From Terriglobia bacterium (GTDB lineage: Bacteria; Acidobacteriota; Terriglobia; 2-12-FULL-54-10): a stretch of 64,000 bases of DNA. The notes beneath the pieces were generated by a model that did not search any database, was not told the origin of the DNA, and saw only the letters and a list, made by a program, of their open reading frames with translations. This document shows, in pieces, positions 47,536-57,691 of this stretch (the first letter of the stretch is position 1; each line of letters begins with the position of its first letter). The position numbers were made by a program, and so were the translations under genes. The DNA is taken from positions 1,689,093 through 1,753,092 of the forward strand of contig OZ240237.1 of assembly GCA_965198025.1 (NCBI GenBank), written 5' to 3'.

Positions 47536-48873
47536 CTAGACGACGGAGAGCAGTTCCAGTTTTCCGGTACTGTCGCCGAAGTGATCCACCGGAACCCCGA
47601 CCCGGTCGAGCAGCGTCAAAAACAAATTCGTCACCGGCGGGCTGTTCGGATACATGAGGTGCCGTCCACCCTTGAGGCCTTCGGCACCGCCCGCCACCAG
47701 CAGCGGCAGGTTGGTTGGGTTATGCCGGCTGCCATCGCTCAAGCTGCTCCCGTACAGGATGATGGAACGATCCAGCAGCGAGCCGTCGCCATCCGGGGTG
47801 GTGTGCAGCTTTTCCAGAAAATACGCAAACAGCTTCGTATGATAGAGGTCGATCTGGGCAACTTTCGCAACCATAGCCGGATTGTTGTCGTGGTGCGACA
47901 AGGCATGGTGCCCTTCCTCCATGCCGATCTCCCGATACGCTCGCTCGCTCTTTTCCCGAGCCATCAGGAACGTACTCACGCGAGTCAGATCGGCCTGGAA
48001 GGCCAACACCTGCAAATCGGCCATGAGCTGGGCGTGCTCGTCGTAGGTGGCCGGGACGCCCGCGGGCCGGTCCATCACCAGAATATCCCGGGACGAGTTC
48101 TCCTCCGCATTCCGGATGCGGTGCTCCACATCGCGGATGCCATCGAGGTACTGTGAGAGCTTTCCTCGGTCGCCGGGTCCGAGCCCGCCGAGCAACCGTC
48201 TGAGTTCCTCGGTCACCGAATCCAGGATGCTGCGGTCCTGCTGAATGCGTCGGCGACGCTCGGCAGGGTCCGTGCTCTCATCTGCCCCAAAGAGCCGTTC
48301 GAACACTTTGCGCGGATCATTTTCGACCGGCAGCGGCGTCGTGGCGTTGCGCCAGGACATCGTATTGAGGTAGGCATCCGTATCGGCGGCATCAGCCCCA
48401 GCGCCCTGTTCGCCCAAATCCAAAGTCACTTCGAGCGAGGCCAGTTGCGTATCCTTGCCCAGCTCTTTGGCGGCAATCTGGTCCAGCGAAATGCCGGCCT
48501 GGGCCGGCGGCTTCGGGTAAACACCCGTCAGAAAGGCGCCACTCGCGCTGGCGTGCGGGCCAGCGGGGCGCTCCCCTTTGGGGGGAACAGCAGCATGGTT
48601 GGCGAGTCCGCTCACCAAGAGAATCTGGTCTCGAAAAGGCGCGACGGGCTTCAGCGTCGAAGGGATTTCGAAATTGGCCCCTTCCCCTGTAGGCGTCCAG
48701 TGTTCCATAATGATGCCGTTCGGGACATAGACAACGGAAAGCCGGGATGGCCGGGCCGTCGTAGCCTGCGGGCCGGCGAATGCAGGCGTCATCGAATCCA
48801 GCAGCGGCAGCGCCAATGTCGTTCCAATTCCGCGCAGAAACGTGCGACGGGGAATTGCCTTCTTGAAAATCAT
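47536..48873 (-). CDS. DUF1552 family protein (Tat signal), partner of the DUF1592 protein
   Basis: Twin-arginine signal RRTFLRGIGTTLALPLL; family typical of Planctomycetes/Acidobacteria, always paired with DUF1592 proteins. Confidence 0.75.
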   Translation of the reverse strand: MIFKKAIPRRTFLRGIGTTLALPLLDSMTPAFAGPQATTARPSRLSVVYVPNGIIMEHWTPTGEGANFEIPSTLKPVAPFRDQILLVSGLANHAAVPPKGERPAGPHASASGAFLTGVYPKPPAQAGISLDQIAAKELGKDTQLASLEVTLDLGEQGAGADAADTDAYLNTMSWRNATTPLPVENDPRKVFERLFGADESTDPAERRRRIQQDRSILDSVTEELRRLLGGLGPGDRGKLSQYLDGIRDVEHRIRNAEENSSRDILVMDRPAGVPATYDEHAQLMADLQVLAFQADLTRVSTFLMAREKSERAYREIGMEEGHHALSHHDNNPAMVAKVAQIDLYHTKLFAYFLEKLHTTPDGDGSLLDRSIILYGSSLSDGSRHNPTNLPLLVAGGAEGLKGGRHLMYPNSPPVTNLFLTLLDRVGVPVDHFGDSTGKLELLSVV

Positions 48874-48889
48874 CTTGGGACCTCCTCCT

Positions 48890-51316
48890 CTATGGCGTCC
48901 TCCTCATCTGGAATGGCGTGCTTTCAACTATGCCTTCAATCAGGGACGACCACCGGTAGCCCTCCGGGGCGGCATCTCGCACGATCTTTCGGACAACCGG
49001 CTGGTCGTAATGTTCAAGTCCTCGGCCCAGGGCATACAGCAGAAGTTTTTCGGTAACTGTAATGACGAACTGCTCCCGTCGGCTCAAGAGGATCTCACGA
49101 AGTTCTGCCGGACCCCGGAACTCGGTGCCGTCAGGAAGTTGGCCCGACGAATCGATAGGCGTCCCCCCCACGGAAGTCCGCCATTTGCCCAGCGCATCGA
49201 AGTTTTCGAGCGCAAAACCGAGCGGGTCCATGTAGCTATGACAAGCCGCGCAGACGGGATTCGCGCGGTGCTGCTCCAACCGCTGGCGCATGGTCAGCAC
49301 CTGCCCTTCCTCGCCGTCCTCCTCCCCGAGCGACGGCACGTTGGGCGGCGGCGGGGGAGGCGGCGCCCCCATGATATTGTCGAGCAGCCACTTGCCCCGG
49401 ATCGTCGGCGCCGTCCGATTGGAGTACGACGTCACCGTAAGCACGCTTCCCTGACCGAGCAACCCTCTGCGCTCCTCATTCTGTAAATCCACGCGGCGAA
49501 AATGACTCCCGAAAACATCCGGAATCCCGTAGTGCTGGGCCAGACGCTCGTTCAGGAACGTATAGTCGGCGTCCAGCAGGTCCAACAGGCTGCGGTCCTC
49601 CCGCAGCGTGCTCTCAAAGAACAGTTCTGACTCTTCCCGCAGAGCCTGCCGCAGATTGTCATCGAAATCGGGAAAGACTTTCGGGTCCGGAGAAATATCT
49701 TGCAGGTTTCGCAGGGAGAGCCACTGCCCGGCGAAATTTTCTACCAGCATCCGGGAGCGCACGTCGTCCAGCATTCGCTTCACTTGTTGCTTCAGCACAG
49801 TGGGATCTTTGAGTTTGCCATGTTCGGCCAGCGTAAGAAGTTCGTCGTCCGGGATGCTGCTCCACAGGAAAAACGCCAGACGCGATGCTAGCTCGAGATC
49901 GCTGATGTGATAGGGCCTGTCCGGCACCGCGTCTGGTGGGTCGCGTTCGATCCGGAACAGGAACTCCGGTGAAACCAATATTCGTTGTAGTGCGCCTCGA
50001 ATGCCGACTTCGAATCCCCCGTCCCTACGTCCCGCATTGTAGAAACCAAGCAGAACCTGAAGGTCCGCTTCGGTCACCGGCCGGCGATACGCCCGGCGCG
50101 CCAGCTTGGACAGAATCTCTCGGGCGCAGGCTTCCTCGTCCCCGGCACCATTAGGAGTGCACACCAGAATCTTGGCGCGGCTAGCCGTTTCCCCCACTCC
50201 TGTCGCGTCGTAGGGTCCACGGATCGAGACCTGGTCGACGGCCGGTGGGCCGCCCTTGTAGCCGCTGGCTGTGAGTTCATCACGCAACTGGCGCGGCATG
50301 ACTTTCCCTTCGGGTTCGAAGATTTCATGCAGGAAAGCCACCTGCACCAGGCGTGTCCCTGCCTTCGACGGGAAGCGCACTTCCAAGTCCTCATCAACGG
50401 TGAGTTCGTATCGCTCCTGTTCGGGATCGCCCCGGTAGTCGGGAAGAATAAAGGAATACAAGGGGCCCGACACGCCCCTGTGCTCTCCCCCCACCGGGAA
50501 CAGCTTGATTCGCGCGCCGTCTAGACGAACATCGAGTTGATGCGGCTCTGCCAGCCCGATGATGTAATTATCCTTGTTTCGCTGCAGCCGGATCGTCAGA
50601 ATATATTCGCCGTCGAGCGGAAAATGATGCCGGACCGCGATTCCCCCTCGCGATCCGAGCGGGAGGTCTTCGCTCATGCGGCCGGTCTGCACGAGATCGC
50701 GCGACACATCGTAAGTCTCCGTGAACGGACTCACGTTCGGATCTCCCAGCGCTAGGCGGGTAATTCTGCGCGCCGCGAACATATACCGCTCCACCAACAG
50801 CGGCGATACCGAAAGCATTTCGGCGATGTTGTCGAAGCCGTGGCCCGCATCGTCGGCGGGCAGCAGTGTTACCCCGTCGATTTCCACGGCCAGCAAATCA
50901 CGGATGGCGTTGGCGTATTCCACCCGGTTCAGCCGGTGGACGGCGGGCCGGCCCGGATTCGGGTCAGCGGCTGCGGCGCGGTCGAGCTCCACTTCAATAT
51001 AGGTGGCAAGCGAGTCGTAGGACGCTGCATCAGGCCGCGGCATCCCCGCCGGCGGCATCGATGCCGTCCGCAGTTTCCTCACTACTTTTTCCCATATGGG
51101 TGCTGCCGCTCTGACGTCCTCGATGTCCACTCGGTCGAGCATCAGCCCCGCCGTTTGGAGCCTTTCGTTGTGGCAGGTAACGCAGTAGCGATTGAGAAGC
51201 GCACGCTGCGGCGAGGCGGCGGATTGAGCTGTGCTCGAAGCCAATTGCCCCGTGGCCCCCAGGGAGGCAGAGGCCAAGAAAAGGATTCCGCAGCCCGTCA
51301 GTATCGTCCGTAACAT
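48890..51316 (-). CDS. DUF1592/DUF1585/DUF1587/DUF1588/DUF1595 multi-domain protein with a cytochrome c-like CxxCH motif
   Basis: Signal peptide; heme motif CVTCHN near the N-terminus; 808 aa architecture typical of the DUF1592 family. Confidence 0.75.
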   Translation of the reverse strand: MLRTILTGCGILFLASASLGATGQLASSTAQSAASPQRALLNRYCVTCHNERLQTAGLMLDRVDIEDVRAAAPIWEKVVRKLRTASMPPAGMPRPDAASYDSLATYIEVELDRAAAADPNPGRPAVHRLNRVEYANAIRDLLAVEIDGVTLLPADDAGHGFDNIAEMLSVSPLLVERYMFAARRITRLALGDPNVSPFTETYDVSRDLVQTGRMSEDLPLGSRGGIAVRHHFPLDGEYILTIRLQRNKDNYIIGLAEPHQLDVRLDGARIKLFPVGGEHRGVSGPLYSFILPDYRGDPEQERYELTVDEDLEVRFPSKAGTRLVQVAFLHEIFEPEGKVMPRQLRDELTASGYKGGPPAVDQVSIRGPYDATGVGETASRAKILVCTPNGAGDEEACAREILSKLARRAYRRPVTEADLQVLLGFYNAGRRDGGFEVGIRGALQRILVSPEFLFRIERDPPDAVPDRPYHISDLELASRLAFFLWSSIPDDELLTLAEHGKLKDPTVLKQQVKRMLDDVRSRMLVENFAGQWLSLRNLQDISPDPKVFPDFDDNLRQALREESELFFESTLREDRSLLDLLDADYTFLNERLAQHYGIPDVFGSHFRRVDLQNEERRGLLGQGSVLTVTSYSNRTAPTIRGKWLLDNIMGAPPPPPPPNVPSLGEEDGEEGQVLTMRQRLEQHRANPVCAACHSYMDPLGFALENFDALGKWRTSVGGTPIDSSGQLPDGTEFRGPAELREILLSRREQFVITVTEKLLLYALGRGLEHYDQPVVRKIVRDAAPEGYRWSSLIEGIVESTPFQMRRTP

Positions 51317-51648
51317 CGTAGTGGCTACCTTCCCTTGCTAACCGCGAGCAAGTGCGCTGCAGACAGGAGTAAGAGCGTAGGGAAGCAGCATCCCCGTGCT
51401 TGCCAATTTACTGATGCGCCAACCGATCAGCATTTTATCATAGCCCAGCACCCGGTATTCGGAACTAGTGTGCCAAGCCACCGGATTTGATTCAGAACTC
51501 TCTGACAATCCAAACTATACTCCCTTGTGAGTTATCCAGTGCAATATTTCCCTTCGCTAAGTCCCCCTCCTGGGAAGCGTGGACAACTGGTTTGCCTGAC
51601 CAACGGCGGAGCCAGCCGGATTCGTAAGGCGTTGGGATCAGATCATCT

Positions 51649-52650
51649 CTAGTCTTTCCAGTAAAAGGAATAAGGGTCTTCTTCAGGAACCGCTTTCGCC
51701 TCAATTTTCAACACAAGGTCTCTGTCAACTTTGAGGACATGCTCGGGAGCCTCACGGTTTTCCTTCCAGATCATCATTTTGAAGTCCCCACCCGGCAGTC
51801 TAAAGCGCACCACTCCCCCTTCGTCAGTGGCGGCCCGGTGCGGACCCAGCCTGACTTGAGCATTAGGGATGGGTGCACCCGTTTCCTTTGCGACGATCTC
51901 GATTGCGACGAGGTGTTCCGGTGAATTCATGGTCACGAAGCTGAAGGAGGCCGGACTCGGCTTGCCGTGCGGGAGACTGCGTTCCGGAGCAACCATTCGG
52001 ACCGACCAGCGAAAATGTCCCACTACAGCCGGGGCCGAGACTTCGACTGTAGTCCAGTACAGCCCGTGCGTTCCCTGCCAGGGAGTTTCGCCCAGTACGG
52101 CTTGCGCAACGACGGCTCCGTCCGCGTTGAGAACCTCGATGGTCTCCCCCGAAAGCGGGCACCCGGCTGTGCATCTGGCGCCGGCCTTGAATCGGAATCT
52201 GGCGCCGATCGCCACCGGCGTCGGGTTGTGCCAGACCGCAAGGCTCGCGGAGTGCTGCTTGGTCGCAAATCCGATGGCCAGCGACGCCGCCCCGTGACGA
52301 ATGTTGCCGGTCACATGTTCCGGCAAGATGAACGTCCAGGCGAAGGAACCAATCTTCGTGGGGGCCGTGACCGTAATCTCAGCAGAGTCTCGCAAGTCGA
52401 CCGGGCCGTGGCGCGGATCATACGCCTCCGATTCCGGTGTCATGCGGACGATGCTTGGCAGTTCTCCTCGGGCCACAATCTCGCCGGCCTCGTCGGTAAC
52501 ATAGAAGGGAGAGCCGGCAAGATCACAGCCGGAAGCAGTCTCCACGGCAATCGTGAAAGTGAACGGGGCGCCGCAGTCCACCGTCTCGGGGAAAGGCTGC
52601 TTCAGATCGAGCCGGATCGGGAAAACGGGCGCTTCATCAGCCATCGTCAT
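51649..52650 (-). CDS. hypothetical protein
   Basis: 333 aa open frame with codon usage typical of the window; downstream of and same strand as the FAD oxidoreductase; no recognised motif. Confidence 0.45.
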   Translation of the reverse strand: MTMADEAPVFPIRLDLKQPFPETVDCGAPFTFTIAVETASGCDLAGSPFYVTDEAGEIVARGELPSIVRMTPESEAYDPRHGPVDLRDSAEITVTAPTKIGSFAWTFILPEHVTGNIRHGAASLAIGFATKQHSASLAVWHNPTPVAIGARFRFKAGARCTAGCPLSGETIEVLNADGAVVAQAVLGETPWQGTHGLYWTTVEVSAPAVVGHFRWSVRMVAPERSLPHGKPSPASFSFVTMNSPEHLVAIEIVAKETGAPIPNAQVRLGPHRAATDEGGVVRFRLPGGDFKMMIWKENREAPEHVLKVDRDLVLKIEAKAVPEEDPYSFYWKD

Positions 52651-52736
52651 ATCGGATTCGATTGGGAGATCTCGGCACCTGCCGGAAAGATCCGAGCCGG
52701 GCCTCTTTGCAGGTCTTTCCCGATCCAGCTAGTCGT

Positions 52737-54464
52737 TTACTGCCGTGGCGTTTTGGAGGCGGCGCGCACGCATTCCATGCCGGCCACGCGGCCGGTTGTG
52801 ATGCAGCGGCCCAGGCCATGCTGCTTGATCCCACCCGCGGATTCACCGGCACAATAGAGACCTGGGATCTCGCGTCCTGTTAAGTCGACGACTTGGCAGT
52901 TGGAGTTCACCCGGAGCCCGGTATAGGAATCATGGAGAGCAGGCGTGGACCACGCCGCATAGAAGGGCGGCGTCTGGATCTTGTACGGAAGATCCGTTCG
53001 CCCAAATTCTTCATCGGTCCCGGTATCGACGAAAGAATTGAAGCGCTCCACGGTCTCGCGCAGGACGTCACCGGGCATCGGACGCAGCTGATAGAAGTTG
53101 CGGATGAGCTGGCCAGCCAGTTCCTCCAGCGTCTCGCCGCTGAAGAAATAGCCCCCGGCGCGGTCGACATCGGGATAGCCGGTCCCGTAGCCTTTTCGCT
53201 CGACGGCATCCTGGTCGAATATCGCCCACACTGGGCCGCCGCCCAGCAGCTTACCGGGAACCCCCGTGGGTTGCAAGGCATGGGCGAAATAGCCGTCCTG
53301 ACTGTTGTCGGTTTCATCCCAGAACCGGCGGCCGTTCTCTTTGACCAGGATGCAATCCGGCCAGCTCGCTACCAGTCCTGACGCGCGATGCCGGAAGAAG
53401 GTCGCACTCTCGGGTGTCTGGGCGCCTCGGACATAATTGTCGCGCACGCCCCAGCGCCCCTTGTTAGCCCTCACGCCGGTCCCCGATTGAGTCTCATTGC
53501 CCGCGGAACCGAGGGCAGCCCCGATCTTCATGGCGGCAATGGAGGGGGCGGCATTGGCCGGGGCAGTGTTCTGGCCGTGCCATTGATACTCCTCGGTCAG
53601 CCGCGGGTCGAACATGGTCCGAAACGCCACATTATGGCCATGCCCGCCGCTGCAGATGATGACGCCCATGCGCGCGCGAAGGTTCAAGGCGCGGCGCGTC
53701 GGTTGGAACCAGCGGTCCACCTCCTCCACGCGCACGCCGGTGATGCGCCCGGCGTAGGGCTGCTCCCGGTAAATGTCAGTGAGAGTGTGCGAGAGCAGGA
53801 ATTCCACTCCTTTGTCGCGGGCGCTCAATTCCAGAGGCCGGACGATGCCCGAGCCGTTGCGGCCCTGGTCGTGCGAAACCACACTGACGCGAACAGGCCA
53901 CTCATGCGGCCTCACCTGCGTCGGGCTGACGACTCCCGTCTCATATTCAGACGGCACCTCGGTCCCGTGCCGGTCAAAATTGACGCCGTTGGCCTCCAGA
54001 AAATCGAAGGCCGCCACCATCTCGTCGCAATAGCGCCGCACCAGATAGACATCTGTGAAGCGGTGCTCGATCGGATCGGTTAGCCCGGCGAAACGCAGGT
54101 CCGGCGAATCCTGCTGGCCCGCTTCCTTTTGCAGCCGGTTTCCGCCGCCGAAGGCGATGGCTCCGCCGCTCATGATGGCGATCCCGCCGACGTCGAAGTG
54201 ATGTTCGACGACCAGCACTTCGGCGCCAGTGTCACGCGCCGCAATGCAGGCGGGTAGGCCGGACGCGCCGGCGCCGATGACAATCACATCGGCCTCGGCG
54301 TCCCAACGGATCTCCTCGGCTCGTGCTTCACGAGCGCTAAGGCCGGTCAGCGCTACCGCTCCCCCGACGCCAGCCTTGACAGCACCTCCGAGAAAGCGCC
54401 TTCTGCTTATCGAAGCGGCCGATTCGTCGCTGCGCGCAATCTTGGCTGTTTTCTTGTCGCCCAT
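52737..54464 (-). CDS. Tat-secreted FAD-dependent oxidoreductase (fumarate reductase / KstD-like FAD_binding_2 family)
   Basis: GGAGG RBS before ATG 54464; twin-arginine signal SRRRFLGGAVKAG; FAD dinucleotide-binding motif VIVIGAGASGLPACIAA...E; C-terminal FAD-contact region GLYCAGESAGG. Confidence 0.8.
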   Translation of the reverse strand: MGDKKTAKIARSDESAASISRRRFLGGAVKAGVGGAVALTGLSAREARAEEIRWDAEADVIVIGAGASGLPACIAARDTGAEVLVVEHHFDVGGIAIMSGGAIAFGGGNRLQKEAGQQDSPDLRFAGLTDPIEHRFTDVYLVRRYCDEMVAAFDFLEANGVNFDRHGTEVPSEYETGVVSPTQVRPHEWPVRVSVVSHDQGRNGSGIVRPLELSARDKGVEFLLSHTLTDIYREQPYAGRITGVRVEEVDRWFQPTRRALNLRARMGVIICSGGHGHNVAFRTMFDPRLTEEYQWHGQNTAPANAAPSIAAMKIGAALGSAGNETQSGTGVRANKGRWGVRDNYVRGAQTPESATFFRHRASGLVASWPDCILVKENGRRFWDETDNSQDGYFAHALQPTGVPGKLLGGGPVWAIFDQDAVERKGYGTGYPDVDRAGGYFFSGETLEELAGQLIRNFYQLRPMPGDVLRETVERFNSFVDTGTDEEFGRTDLPYKIQTPPFYAAWSTPALHDSYTGLRVNSNCQVVDLTGREIPGLYCAGESAGGIKQHGLGRCITTGRVAGMECVRAASKTPRQ

Positions 54465-54997
54465 CCAAATCTCCTCCCGGTTCCTCGCGGCACTAGTCTG
54501 GCCTGTGACCCAGGACATGTTTGCTGAATTGCTGGATCCGGAATTTCCAGCAAGGCCTTCCGGCTGCCCCTAATGATACACCCATCAGCCTGCGGTGGAG
54601 CACATTTTGATGCCTGGAAATTGGTATGGAAGCGCGGCGACTATATAGCCAAGAATCAGTACCACCAAGCGGTTTGGGAGGTGACTCCCAGCACCAGAAT
54701 GGTTTCTCTACCCTCTGAAGAGTGTTTCTGGAGACTCAGTCGTAGATCCTTGCCCTGCGGTGGAGGCTTTCGATAAGCTAGGTCTGAACTAAGCAGACTT
54801 CAGGTTCCACCGGCGGGGGCGTAAGACTGTGGCTCTTTCTCCAAGCACGTGGCTGAACCACCATTCCCTAAATCTCTCCCATCGATTCGGAAGGGATAGG
54901 CGGAAGTGCGATGTGCCTGCGACACGCGGCGAAGCAAGAGTAATTCAGGCAGGAATTGCTTCTAATTCACTATCCAAGACTGTGAGCGGAGAAACCT

Positions 54998-56089
54998 ATG
55001 GTGTTGCTGATTCGACCCCATGAAATGGGCGGACTGATTTCGATGAAGGAAGCAATCGAAGCTGTGGAGGAGAGTTTCCTGCAATGGGCACAGTGGCCGG
55101 GCATCAATGCCCCCCGGCGACGCGTTCATGTTCCTTCCGGGGTGCGGGTGAGTGTCCATCAAGGAGGTGTTCCGGGCTTGGGCTGCACCGGCCTGATGAC
55201 CCATTGCGAGCATGTCGCCATCCGAGAGGACGGCACGCAGCAATACCCCTTGCGCGGACGTCCAGTCCAGGTCCTCTACAGCGCCGAGACGGGAGAGCTG
55301 TTGGCTTTGTTGGTCGGAGAGCCCCAGCCGAAGGAGCTACAGCTGAACGGGGTGACCGCCTTGCGCACTGCCGCCACGAGTGCCGTTGGAACCAAGCACC
55401 TCGCACGGCCCGATTCTCGCCGGTTGGGGATACTGGGCTCCGGTGCCCAGGCTCGCTATCATTTGGCGGCCTTCGCTCAGCTTTACTCCCTGAAGTCGGT
55501 AAAGGTTTACAGTCGCGATCCGGAGAAACGTGCGGCGTTCGCCAGGGAAATGTCCTCCGCGCAACTTGCGGTGCAACCAGTCGAAAGCGCCCGCGATGCA
55601 GTTGGGGGCTCGGACATCGTTCTAGCGGCCACTAATTCGAACACGCCGGTTCTGGACGGATCGTGGCTCGAAGCCGGCGCGCACGTAACCTCGATCGTGG
55701 CGAGCAACGTGGGTCTCCAGCAAGGTGGCTTTATCCGGGAAAAGCGGCGCGAACTGGACGACGAGACCATCCGGAAAGCCGACCGTATTGTCGTCTGCTC
55801 GCGAGAGCAGGCCCGTCAGGACCAGCAAGCCGACATCTATGACCGCGTTGAGAAAGGCTTGCTTGGCTGGGATCAAGTCTTTGAATTACCGGAAATTTTG
55901 TCTGGCAAGGCGGCGGGGCGCACGGCTCCCCAGCAGATCACACTGTTCAAGAACAACGCAGGACAGGGTATCTGCGATGTTGCACTGGGGGCGCTCCTCT
56001 ATCGGCGCGCCACCGAACAGGGGATTGGGCTCGCACTCGACCTGGATGGTGCGGAGTACCGCATGGCGGCCCCCCGGGGGACGAAGTGA
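54998..56089 (+). CDS. ornithine cyclodeaminase / mu-crystallin family protein
   Basis: Rossmann motif GILGSGAQARYHLAAF; family blocks along its length; 363 aa. Confidence 0.85.
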   Translation: MVLLIRPHEMGGLISMKEAIEAVEESFLQWAQWPGINAPRRRVHVPSGVRVSVHQGGVPGLGCTGLMTHCEHVAIREDGTQQYPLRGRPVQVLYSAETGELLALLVGEPQPKELQLNGVTALRTAATSAVGTKHLARPDSRRLGILGSGAQARYHLAAFAQLYSLKSVKVYSRDPEKRAAFAREMSSAQLAVQPVESARDAVGGSDIVLAATNSNTPVLDGSWLEAGAHVTSIVASNVGLQQGGFIREKRRELDDETIRKADRIVVCSREQARQDQQADIYDRVEKGLLGWDQVFELPEILSGKAAGRTAPQQITLFKNNAGQGICDVALGALLYRRATEQGIGLALDLDGAEYRMAAPRGTK

Positions 56090-56445
56090 TCGCCATAACC
56101 AAGTCCTCTGCGAATGTTGCGAAACCCCTTGCCCTGCGGCATGGCCTGCCGATAAGCTAGAACGTGAAATGATTCATGGCAGCCTGCAGGTCGTCCGCTG
56201 GCGGGAGGCAAGTCTGTGGCTTTTTCTCCAGGTACGTGGCTGAACGATTGCGAACTCCTCGCTCCCATCGGCTCCGGGGGCAGGGGCGAAGTGATGCTGC
56301 GCGACCGGATCAAGCGTGGACCGGTTCCCATGGAGGAAGCCCTCCACATCGCCGGTTCCGACGGAGGCCCGATGATCCGCCGTTTGTGAAGAGAAACTCA
56401 GAACTGTATCCCAAGCTGTACGATCGCGGAGGGAGGAATCTTGGA

Positions 56446-57192
56446 ATGGCTAATCGCTTGATGGGTTTGATTCTTGGGGTGGCGGTGGTGCTGGTCACCT
56501 CCCCCGTTCTGTTTGCCCAGACCACAGTGGACCTGTCGGGGACCTGGGCGACCGATGAGAACATCCGCCGGTTCAATCGGGAAGAGATGCCTTCGCTGAC
56601 GCCCCAGGCAGCAGAAATATTTAGATCCAATCGCCAGGGGCTGGCGAACCAGACGTCCTCAGGACTCGATGAGATGGATCCAACCATTTATTGTCTCCCG
56701 GACGGTTTTCCGCGAGTCTATCTCTCCAACTATGCGTTCGAGATCTATCAGGTCCCTGACAGGGTGCTCGTGGTCTACGAGCGGAACCACACAGTGCGGC
56801 GGATCTATCTGGACGGTCGAACAATGCCGGACGGTTTTCCTCCTTCTTTTGCCGGGTACTCGACGGGCAGGTGGGACGGAGACACGCTCGTCGCCGAGAC
56901 CGTGGGTCTCAACGACCTGAGCTGGCTGGATCGCCTCGGCACGCCCCATACAGACCAACTGCATGTCGTGGAGCGAATTCGGCGTGTGGCCCACGACATG
57001 TTGGAGATCGATTTCCTGTTCGATGATCCAGGTGCGTTTACGAAGCCTTTCGAAGGAAAAGGAGTCTACCAATTGCGGACGGATTGGGACATCCTGGAAC
57101 ACAACAATTCCTGCGTGGACCGCCACCGCTACGAGTATTCGCAAAAGTCGCTTCTCGGAACAACGGAATGGACCAATCCCGAACAATACTAG
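56446..57192 (+). CDS. hypothetical secreted protein
   Basis: GGAGGGAGG RBS; signal peptide MANRLMGLILGVAVVLVTSPVLFAQ; 248 aa; the track ORF extends upstream but the RBS and signal support ATG 56446. Confidence 0.55.
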   Translation: MANRLMGLILGVAVVLVTSPVLFAQTTVDLSGTWATDENIRRFNREEMPSLTPQAAEIFRSNRQGLANQTSSGLDEMDPTIYCLPDGFPRVYLSNYAFEIYQVPDRVLVVYERNHTVRRIYLDGRTMPDGFPPSFAGYSTGRWDGDTLVAETVGLNDLSWLDRLGTPHTDQLHVVERIRRVAHDMLEIDFLFDDPGAFTKPFEGKGVYQLRTDWDILEHNNSCVDRHRYEYSQKSLLGTTEWTNPEQY

Positions 57193-57691
57193 TGTTCTGT
57201 CCTGGAAGTACGGTGATTCAGTTTCGGAGCGCAACGGCGCTGGATTGGGGGGAGAGACGACGAGCCAATGCTCATTCATTGCGAGGAGGAGCGACGCCCA
57301 AGACGGCGCCGTTCCGCCCGAACTCGTAGAGCCGATGGACGTTGCTCACGCTACGGAAACGCGGCCCCGGAACCCGTTGCGATTTGGGAGGCGTGGACGC
57401 TGTCGGTTCCTCAACAGCCACGTCCATCGGAATGAATGAGCGTATTTCCGGGACAGGACACTAGCTCTCATCGTTTTCCCTCGGCGCAGGCAGGCAAAGC
57501 GCTCCGCAGCAGATCCATCGCGTTCAGAATTTGGTTTGGTGAGCTAAAGCAGCCTGTGCCAGCGCCTGAATCCGAGACGCGGCCCGAACCGATATTCAAG
57601 ATTGATGTCCTTCAGGAAGCGGTTGCTCTTACGAGCAATTCTAAGAGCGTATTGGGGAGACATGAGAATAGGAGATAGGAGGAGCGAGGTG

